A DNA stretch of 64,000 bases, taken from Octopus vulgaris. Its lineage: Eukaryota. The notes under the pieces were generated by a model. The model saw only the letters and a list, made by a program, of their open reading frames with translations, was not told the DNA's origin and made no database searches. Shown here piece after piece: positions 53,717 to 64,000 of the stretch (positions within the stretch are counted from its first letter, which is position 1; each line of letters starts with the position of its first letter). Made by a program: the position numbers and the translations under genes. The stretch lies in the NCBI GenBank assembly GCA_951406725.2, contig OX597816.1, positions 15,562,001 through 15,626,000 on the forward strand, in the 5' to 3' direction.

Positions 53717-56043
53717 AGAGAGATAGATAGACAAACAGACAGACAGACAGACAGATCGATCAATCGAGTGAAATACAAGGTGCAAAGAAACAAAAACCCC
53801 TCCCAGATTGACAATTCTTTATAAATGTTTCAATAGTAAACACATAATATGCACTCATGCAAACAGTAATAGTAACTAGAAAAATAAAACGGTAATGCAT
53901 TACCTATATAATGACAGCATTACCACCTGCCTAACTTCCCTAGTGCCACAGTGATGGCTGTGTCAAATGCAGGGTGTTTTTCTGCTGCACCCTGTATTAA
54001 GCATTACACAGAATTACTCCACTTCAAAACAATTTTTCCAGCCACAGAACAACAGGCAAAACAATTCCATGGCTTGCATCTTGATACATTCCAGTGAACA
54101 ACAGTTGGTTACATGTGATATATGTAGCAATCCTGCCAAGCTTGTGAAGTGGACCAAAGCAATTGCTGGAAATAAATGGTAATGTCAATGTGAGGCTTAC
54201 ACCTGTAGTATACAAACTAGTTCATTCTCTGAAAAGAAAGACAAAAAATATTAAAAAATCAAACAAAAAGACCATCACAGCTTACACACAACTATTCAAT
54301 AAATGTAATATGTGTCTACTTTCATCTCTTTCACATTTTACTTTCCTGGTATTTCACAGCCTAAAATAGGATTTAACTTTTGGTTACTACCATGGTCCTC
54401 AAGGCAACTTTGAGGAATGGGATGAGAGTCATGGGAAACTCAAAGTAATTACAGTGACAAGTCTCAGTTTTGGATAAATGAATTAACTCTAGTACAGGCA
54501 TTGACTAAATTTTATTTTCTTTCTCTCATTGGCATATTCGTTCATTCAACCATCCATTCATACATACATGTGCATGTGTGTGTATATATATATATATATA
54601 AAGGCGGCCAGCTGGCAGAATCGTTAGCACAACGGGCGAAATGCATAGCCGTATTTCATCTGTCATTACGTTCCGAGTTCAAATTCCGCCAAGGTCGACT
54701 TTGCCTCTCGTCCTTTCAGGGTCGATAAATTAAGTACCAGTTACGCACTGGGGTCGATGTAATCGACTTAACCCCTATGTCTGTCCTTGTTTGTCCCCTC
54801 TGTGTTTAGCCCCGTGTGGGTAGTAAAGAAATATATATATATATATATATATATAGTACATATATGAATAATATATAGTCTATTGACTAAATTTTTTTGC
54901 ACTAGGCCACTGGTAATAAAAACTTTCTATAATTCTTATTACCCTAATATTATTATATATATATACTCACACACACACACACGCATGTGTGCACACACGT
55001 GTGTGCGTGCGTATGTATCCAAACTTAAGCAAGCTGAAACTGTACTGATTCTGGTCCTTGTGGCTGATGAGAGGTATTCTGGGCCTAATTGCCCTTTCTG
55101 TTTATCCTTTTATCATTTTTCCCCTCATGTTATCTTACTTCATATTTACCATATATATATCTATATATCTGTATGTATGTGTGTGTGTGTTTGCAAGTGT
55201 GTATCAGAGAGAAACGGAGGCAAACACATGAACTCAAACACTTACACTAAAATCTCAGTGAGCAGGAAACGAAACTCAATGTAGTGTAACTGCTTAACAA
55301 CTGAAAGCTACATGCTATGATTGCCAACACAGTGGGATTACTATTTCCCTTCTAACTTCAGATTGTTGCTTACAAAGGTGTAACATTTACCATTGTATAT
55401 AAGAAAATCTTAGTCATGCATTCATTACAGACACACACTGTAGACTACCGATAGACTTATATGTTATTTCAGTTCATTATATTACGCACTTCCTATCGTA
55501 ATTGTTGTCATGATGTATTGTAGATTTTACTGTGGTGTGTTTTTTTTATATATTTTCTTTACATTTCGATATCATGTTAAAGTTTATAATGTTCAGTACA
55601 TGCAGTTGTAGCATTGTCAGTTAAATATTTATCACACATACTATATATGTGTGTATATCTGCATATATATGTGTGTGTCTGTGTGTGTATGTGTGTGTGT
55701 GTGTGTGTATACATACATACACATATGCCATAAGGTGGAAGAACTCAATACAGCTGCCAAATAACAAATTGTGGCGACTTAGAAGTTCAGTGTCTCTTAG
55801 TGATCAGTGTCTTTTGTTTTGTGCCAGGTGAGCATTCTTGTGTTGTGTATGTGTGTATATGTATGTATGTGTGTACGTACATCTTTTATAAATGTGTCAT
55901 ACACGTTTGTATTTGTGGATGAATATATATATATATATATGTATGTGTTTATAGATACATGCAGACACTCTCAAATTCATGTATATCAATATATACAAAT
56001 GTCTAATTGTGTATGTGTGTATATGCAGACAGTTGTGTGTATG

Positions 56044-56084
<41 letters not shown>

Positions 56085-56239
56085 GTATGTATGTATGTAT
56101 GTTTATATATATACCACCAGTATTATCATATTACACTTCTTCACCATTTCTATATATGTAATACTTCTTCACATTATTTACAAATATAGCTTCCTGTCAT
56201 TGTTTGGTTTGGTTGATGCAGTAGCAGCAGTAACAACAG

Positions 56240-56280
<41 letters not shown>

Positions 56281-57920
56281 TTTCTTTATTGGCCACCAGG
56301 GCCGAACACAAAACATAGAGGACGATACACAGATGAGGGGTAGTAAGGTTAAATGTGTTAGTAGCCAACAAACACAACGATTAACAAAGAGATTAAATCT
56401 ACAACATGCTTCCCCAATAGGGGTGGAGTTCCACTGTAAGGTGACCAAAGAGACCTCATGCACTTTGGACCTCTTTACACCAACAGCTCCTCAAGAAGGC
56501 TTCTTCTTTTTAGTTTCAGCTCAGAGCTGCAGCCATGCTGATGCACCGTCATTAAATAATAATAATAATAATAATCTTTTCTACTATAGGCAGAAGGCTT
56601 CAAATTTTGGAGTCGGGGGTAAGTTGATTTCAATGCCCCCCAGTACATAACTGAAACTTATTTCATTGACCCTGAAATGATAAAAAGCTAAGCTGACCTC
56701 GGCAGAATTTGAACTCTGAACATAAGGATGAATGAAATGCTCAGCATTTTGCCTGGCATGCAAACGATTCTGCCTTAATAATAATAATTTCTGTTATAGG
56801 CACAAGGCCTGAAATTTGGGGGAGGGGCATGGTCAATTACATCGTCCTGAGTACTCAACTGGTACTTAATTTATCGACCCCCAAAAAGATGAAAGGTATA
56901 GTTAACCTTGGCAGAATTTGAACTCAGAACATAGCAACGGGCAAAATACTGCTAAGCATTTCATCCAGCGTGATGACAATTCTGCCAGCTCACCACTTTA
57001 AAAATAATAGTAATAATAATCTACTACCTAAGAGGCTGGAGGACATTGGAATTGATACATGTAATGCTGACCTGCAGTGAAGTTCCATCCTGTTTACTGC
57101 AAGATTGCTAAGGAAAATTCTTGAGATGTGGAGAGACTTGATGTCATCAAACCTCAGAATAACATCTCTCTTAATTAAATTAGCAAGTAATAACTTCTGA
57201 ATATTACTACTACCACTACTGTTGCTGCTGCTGCTACTACTACTACTACTACTACCACCTTTTACTTGTTTCAGTCATTAGACTGCAGCCATGCTGGAGC
57301 ACCACCTTGAAAAGTTTTAGTTAAATGAACCGACCCAATACTTGCTTTTTTAAGCCTAATATTTATTCTATCAGTGTCTTTTGCTGAACCACTAAGTTAG
57401 GGAGATGTCAACACATCAACACTGTCAAGCGGTGGAGCAGAGTAAAACACAGAAACACACACACACGCATGTAAATATATTATTTGACTGGCTTCTTTCA
57501 GTTTCCTTCTACGAAATCCGCTCACAAGGCTTTGGTTGGCCCAAGGCTATAGTAGAAGACACTTGCACGAGATGTCACACAGAGGGACTGAACCCTGAAC
57601 CATGTGGTTAGGCATCAAACTTCTTATTAAACAGCCATGCCTGAATGACCTTAGAGAGATTTGAACTCTGAATATAAAGAATAATGACAATAGTTAATAA
57701 ATCCAATAAGATTGTAGATTTGAAAGATATCTCCAATGAAAATGTAAATGTATTGTTGTTGTTTTTGTTTTAAATCTAAATTAAAATGTTAATCAATTTC
57801 TTTGTCAGTTATTGATAATGAGTATAAAGTCAGTGTTGAAAATAAATCATTTCATTAATGAACTGAGATGGCAGTTTACAGGTAGGCTGTTGAAAATGTG
57901 GCTGACAGAAACAAATGCAA

Positions 57921-58585
57921 ATGAATATTTATTGTGAAGATGGTGGTGAGCTGGCAGAAAAGTTAGCATGCCAGGCAAAATGCTTAGTGGTATTTCGTCT
58001 GCCGCTACGTTCTGAGTTCAAATTCCACCGAGGTCGACTTTGCCTTTCATCCTTTCAAGGTCGATTAAACAAGTACCAGTTGCATACTGGGGTCGATCTA
58101 ATCGACTGACACCCTCCACCAAAATTTCAGGCTTTGTGCCTAGAGTAGAAATGAATATTTATTGTGAAGATGGTGGCGAGCTGGCAGAAATGTTAGCATG
58201 CTGGGCGAAATGCTCAACAGTATTTTCTCTGCCGCTACGTTCTGAGTTCAAATTCTGCTGAGGTCAACTTTGCCTTTCATCCTTTCAGGGTTGATTAAAT
58301 AAGTACCAGTTATGCACTGGGGTCGATATAATCGACTTAATCCATTTGTCTATCCTTGTTTGTCCTCTTTGTGTTTAGCCCCTTGTGGGTAGTAAAGAAA
58401 TAGGTATTTCATCTGTCCTTATGTTCTGAGTTCAAATTCCCCCAAAGTTGACTTTGCCGTTCATCCTTTCAAGATCGATAAATTAAGTACCAGTTGCATA
58501 CTAGGGTTGATCTAATCGACTGGCCACTCTCTCCCAAAATTTCAGGCTTTGTGCCTAGAGTAGAAAAGAATATTTATTGTGAAGA
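57921..58585 (+). mobile_element. Tandem array of SINE family C units with a triplicated 18-bp target sequence
   Basis: GAATATTTATTGTGAAGA occurs at ~57923, ~58153 and ~58568, bracketing SINE C units. Confidence 0.8.
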
Positions 58586-60790
58586 AATGCATTGTATTTG
58601 TTTTCGACCGTTACAAATTATCAGGAACACCTGTTCTGGCATTCTTTAGTGATTTGTCTGTGTGACTGAACTTACTATAGCTACTCATGCCATAACTCTG
58701 AGAAGATTCACAGCTGGTCAAGTCAACAGTGTGTTGAGCTGTAAGCCGCAAAAGTTAATGGTTCATGACTTGTCATTGGTGCCTCGCTGCATACAATGCT
58801 CTGTTCACTTAGCTGTGAATAAGCATTATGTATAAAGTGCATTGTGGCAAACAAGCACACAGCATAATTGACAAATGCATCGTTAGCTAGAAATACCATG
58901 TTCAAATTGTGTGTGTGTGTGGATATGTGTGAGGCTTGGAAGTTTTCTTGTCTGCCTAAGCTATTGTAGAAGTGCTCACACTGTAGCTTTTGTTTCAACC
59001 ACTTGTAAAAGGGAGACGCTGGGATGAAATAAACTTTCAGCATTCAAAAACTAAATGATTTTCTTTGTTAGCTTTATGTCACTGTCCAATTATCTGAAGA
59101 ACTTTTGTCAGATAAGATTTATACATTCTCAACAAAAAACTGGTGACTAGTTCATCTTCAGACCTGTATATATATATATATAGGTTTACTTATCCATCCA
59201 TTCTTCCACAGATAGACAGAGAGAGAAATTAAAAGAGATATATGTATTTATATATCTGTTATATTATGTGTGTGAATCAATTCATGTACACACTATAAAG
59301 ATATGATCTACTAGCAGTTCCTACTTCATTTTGGAGACACATGTCTAGGAAGGTCTTTATGATATGCCTTGTGTCTTCAAGCTGTCTGCAGGCTGTGAGC
59401 ACAAGATCTATTCTATTTGATAATCAGGATGCTTTTTGTTTATCAACCCTTAAAAGGATGAAAGACAAAGTTGCCTTCAGCTGGGTTTGAACTCAAAATG
59501 CAATGGTCTAGAACAAATATTACAAGGCCCTTGTGTTATTTGCTCTACCAATCTGCCAGCCTAAATTGGCACTTTCAATTTTTTTCCTTTTTCAATTATC
59601 CCCCAAAAGGACGAATGGCAAAGCTGCCTTCAGCTGGATTTGAACCCAGAATGTAAACAGCCAGAACAAATACCATGAGTCATTGCTTTCTATTGATATT
59701 GATTTATTAATGTTTTTATTCTCATTGCTGTTCTACCATGATTTGCTCAATGTAGAATCCCCCACCATCTTCTGTTGTTTCTGTATGTACTTAGCCTTTG
59801 TTAAGTCCCTAAGATCCTTAGACCCTTGTAGCCAATGAAAGAACTCATTATTCAACTGCAAACAATCTGAAAGGTGACTTACTGTACACAGTGAAATATA
59901 TTTAACACCATTGCTTAGGTTCTACAATACTTTGCCATTATCTGGTAACTCTGGTAAAATTAGTGGCTTAATGGAAACAGAGTCGAGTTTGCGTATAGTA
60001 ATATAATATTTATGCATGGATACATGTGTGTGTGTGCGTGTGTGTGTAATAATGCAATATAATATACATGTAAGGCGGTGTCTGTTTGTGTGTGTATATA
60101 ACAGTGTTTATATTTCATATTTTCAAAACTGTAGGAGACATTTTTATTTATACTTTTTTTTATATAAAATAGCTCATGTACTGTATAGATTTCATCTACA
60201 CACACACACACACATACATACACACACATTTCCTCTATACATTCATATATATATGTATATATATATGTGATGTATGTGTGTGTGTAACATATATATATAT
60301 ATAATGCGTGTACATATGTGTGTGTGTGTATGTATATATATATATAGGTATACATATGTGTGTGTATGTGCATATATAATATGTGTGTCTGTATAGTTTT
60401 GACCTCACTCGTCAGATATTATATTGCTTGGACGAACAGCAGCATTCTTAGAATATTAAAATAACTTTGTTATAGAATACAGAGAACTTTGTTGACAGTA
60501 TTAATATAACTGCTTCAAGTTTCATTGCTTAAACACATCAGGGTGACTTGCTTGTCCGTCTTTGTAAAGGGATGCTAAGCCAATTAAGAGACTCTGATTC
60601 TCAACAAGTGCACTTATTTATATTATACGTCAGACTGAATTTAGAAGTTGGTAGACAGTACATTATACCTTCTGCTCTCTGTCTCTCTCTCTCTCTGCCT
60701 CTCTCTTTTGATTTTATTTTCACCAGTCTTGAGGATATATCTATCTATATCTATCTACCTATCTATCTGCCTATCTACCTATCTATCTGC

Positions 60791-60854
<64 letters not shown>

Positions 60855-60967
60855 GTCTATCTATCTATATATCTATCTATATACCTATCTATATATCTAT
60901 CTATATCTATCTATATACCTATCTATATATCTATCTATATCTATCTATCTATCTATCTATCTATCTA

Positions 60968-61018
<51 letters not shown>

Positions 61019-62757
61019 TGTCCAAATGTTTTATGCATGTCACCCTATTTGGTAAAATTTTTGCAGAATCACTTAAAGACATCATTATTTCTCTGTCTAG
61101 GCCTGGGGTATTTTCAAGTGGTTGTTCCATTAACTTCCACGTCCTTACACCTCGATAACTAACTACTAAATCACAAATTAACCTTCTACTACATCATTAT
61201 ATCTATTCACATTTTATTCCTATTCACTTTCGAAAAATCTTCAGTCTTCCATTCTTTCTGACATTTCATAATTCTTTATCATTCCTTCTTTTGTGAGTAA
61301 AAATCAAGTCTTGAGAGTGAGCTGTCTACATAAGAATATATTATGGCAATCATAAACATTGGCAACCACACTATCACGACAGCAGCGGTGGTGACGATGA
61401 TGGTGATGGTAGTGGTGGCTGAGGTGGTGGTGGTTGAGGTGGTGGTTGGAGGGTATGACGACAAAGGCAACAGCAATAACTACTGCACTGATACAAAGCT
61501 TCTAATATCATTTTTACATAATCATCAGTCTAACTGCCATTTTCGTTGAATACCTGAGTCTAAGATACACATAAAATTGGTTAAACCAATATCACTATTT
61601 TATTTCACTATGGTTGCAGTTTCTGCTGCTACTCTTCATTGTTATACTTTCTGCTGCTGCTGCTGGTGCTGCTGCTGCCCCTGCACTTGTTGTTGTTGTT
61701 TTTGTCATCGCTGTCATCACCGTCGTCGCTGTCGTTGTTGTCAGTGTTAGCAACTCTGAAAAGAAAAGGCAATCAATAATTCATTTATTTGGTCAAAGAT
61801 TTAACCAAAAAAAAAAAAGAAGAAAAAAGAAAAGAAAGAAAAAGTTAAAGGAAAAGAAAAAAAAGGAACAAAAATTTAAATGTAATAAAATGTTGTGCCA
61901 AAATTTTAATATCACAACTGTGATAGGGATTTAATAACAAGACAAGGAAGGATATCAGCAAACTTCTTTTGAAGTAAAGTTTTAAGCTAATTTGATTAGC
62001 AAAAAAAAAAAAATAAAATAAAAACAAGAAAAATACCATTCACTTGGCACAATGTTTTGGTGGAATTGAATAAGATGACGGTGAGAGGTAGAAATGGAAG
62101 GAAGTAGCAGCAACCAAAAGCACACACACAAAAAAAGAAGAGAACAAAAAAAACAATTAAAAGATAACAATAATTATAATTTGAATGACCACAAAAGAAA
62201 GAGCGACCACTTTGTTTTGTTTTTTCTTTTGTTACTTATTTTTGTTGTATTTTGTTGTCATAATTCATTTTCCTGATATGTGTAAGTGTATGTATGTATG
62301 TATGTATGTATGTGTGTGGGGGTACTTTTTTTTGTATTTTTTTTCTTTAACCTTATAATTACAATTTTGACATCAGTGTTTAGAAAGTGGAATTAAAAAT
62401 GGATGGAATGAAAAGGATAAAAAGGAAAGACGGGGAAGAAAGAAAGAATTAAAAATGTGACTTGAGGATTTTATTGAGAAGTAAATGCAAGCTTTGCCAG
62501 GTTCCTTCACATCATCACATACACACACACACACACATGCACGCACATGCAAAAGTATGCTGTAAGTGTGCAATGTCTGGGATATTTTTTTTTCTTTTTC
62601 CTTTTAGTATCATGCAATGCAGTGTGATCGACATTGGTTATTTTAAACTATTTTGTACATGTGTGTGTACATGCAGGTATGTATGTATACATATGCATGA
62701 ACATATATATGTATGTGTATGCATAAATAAATGTGCATATGTGTGTGTGTGTATACA

Positions 62758-62789
<32 letters not shown>

Positions 62790-62804
62790 TGTGTGTGTAT
62801 ATAA

Positions 62805-62836
<32 letters not shown>

Positions 62837-62867
62837 GTGTATGAGCATATATATGTGTGTGTATACA

Positions 62868-62929
<62 letters not shown>

Positions 62930-63710
62930 AGAAGTAAGCAGCAGCAACCAAAAGCACAAAACAAACAAAAGATAACAATAAATATAATTTGAATTACCAC
63001 AGAAGAAAGAGAGGGTATGTAGCTGAGAGGTTAGGATATTTAGCTCATGATTGTAAGGTCGTGAGTTCAATTCCTGGTGGTGTGTTTTGTTCTTGAGCAA
63101 GACACTTTATTCCACGTTGCTCCAGTTCACTCAGCTGGTAAAAATGAGTAGAAACTGTATTTCAAAGGGCCAGCCTTGTCACACTCTGTGTCATGCTGAA
63201 TCTCCCTGAGAACTATATTAAGGGTACATGTGTCTGTGGTGTGCTCAACCACTTGCGTGTTGATTTCACTAGCAAGCTGTTCTGTTGATCATATCAGCTT
63301 TGGCCCTTGTTTCCATAACTGATGGAGTGCTCCTTATATATACATTTATATATATGTGCGTGTGTGTATACTCATTAAGCATTAACTGTTGTAAAAACGA
63401 GTACTCAGTACCAAAATAGAAGTAAATGATTTATTTTATTTTGGTTAAGTCAGTCACAACCTGCTTGAAGATCCTGCACACTTACTGGTGAAACTCAAAG
63501 TTGGAAGAGACTGATTCGACCAAAATAAAGCAAAATATTATACATACAAACATGCATTTATCTATAGGAAAATTAGTAGGAGAGATCTATTTATACACAC
63601 AAAATGCTATATATATATATATATATATGCATGTGTGTATCTATGCATGAATACATATATATGCATATGTATATGTGTACATGTGTTGTATTTATATACG
63701 TGTGTGTGCG

Positions 63711-63760
<50 letters not shown>

Positions 63761-64000
63761 CACACACACATTTCTATTCTAGGCACATGGCCCAGAATTT
63801 TGGGGGAGGGGGCCAGTCGATTAGATCGACTCCAGTATGCAATGGGTACTTAATTTATGGACCCCAAAAGGATGAAAGGCACAGTCGATCTCAGCGGAAT
63901 TTGAACTCAGAACATAAAGACAGACAAAATACCACTAAGCATTTTACCCAGCATGATAACATTTCTGCCAGCCCACCTTATATATGTGTGTGTGTGTGTG

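Noticed and set aside
55064-55095. CTGATGA followed by a small stem (AGGT/GCCT)
   Set aside because: No GAAA after the stem, so the hammerhead core is incomplete.
58837-58850. GTGCATTGT resembling the start of miR-33
   Set aside because: Only 9 nt match; the rest diverges and its position at the hairpin base does not fit a mature miRNA.
62585-62682. Acceptor-like TTTTTCCTTTTAG and donor CAG|GTATGT suggesting a second exon
   Set aside because: Candidate exon runs into TG/TA low-complexity sequence and gives no protein-like translation; such motifs arise by chance in this composition.
400-63853. Long ORFs rich in YI/CV/HT/YLSI (e.g. 14849-15724, 37325-37930, 51734-52198, 62462-62992)
   Set aside because: Translations of (TA)n, (TG)n, (CA)n and (TATC)n microsatellites that lack stop codons; not proteins.

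Overview
AT-rich, microsatellite-saturated animal genomic DNA. The repeat families (tRNA-derived SINEs with (TA)n/(GAT)n/(TAAAAGAG) tails) look, from memory, like Octopus (coleoid cephalopod); this is inference. Nearly all ORFs in the supplied track are artefacts of simple repeats or SINEs. The window holds at least four SINE families in dozens of copies, decayed maT/Tc1 and mariner transposase remnants, several MITEs (Tc1-, pogo/Tc2-, piggyBac-like), two non-autonomous Helitrons, and RTE- and Tx1/L1-like LINE fragments. There is one good candidate first coding exon (17295-17338, MVADVWEDVVRFCE + GTAAGT). It coincides with a sharp switch from CpG-rich to CpG-depleted DNA, which suggests the remaining ~46 kb is a methylated giant first intron of an unidentified gene. 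Main second-look signals: minimal type I hammerhead ribozymes of the Penelope-like element (PLE) kind at 13436-13510 (+), 13017-13050 (-) and a degenerate one near 6662 (-); a candidate recursive splice site at 55827/55828; G-U-containing plus-strand hairpin clusters at 39.3, 47.7 and 58.7-59.0 kb; and long palindromes abutting (TA)n tracts. All structures were read by eye. No folding or database search was run.
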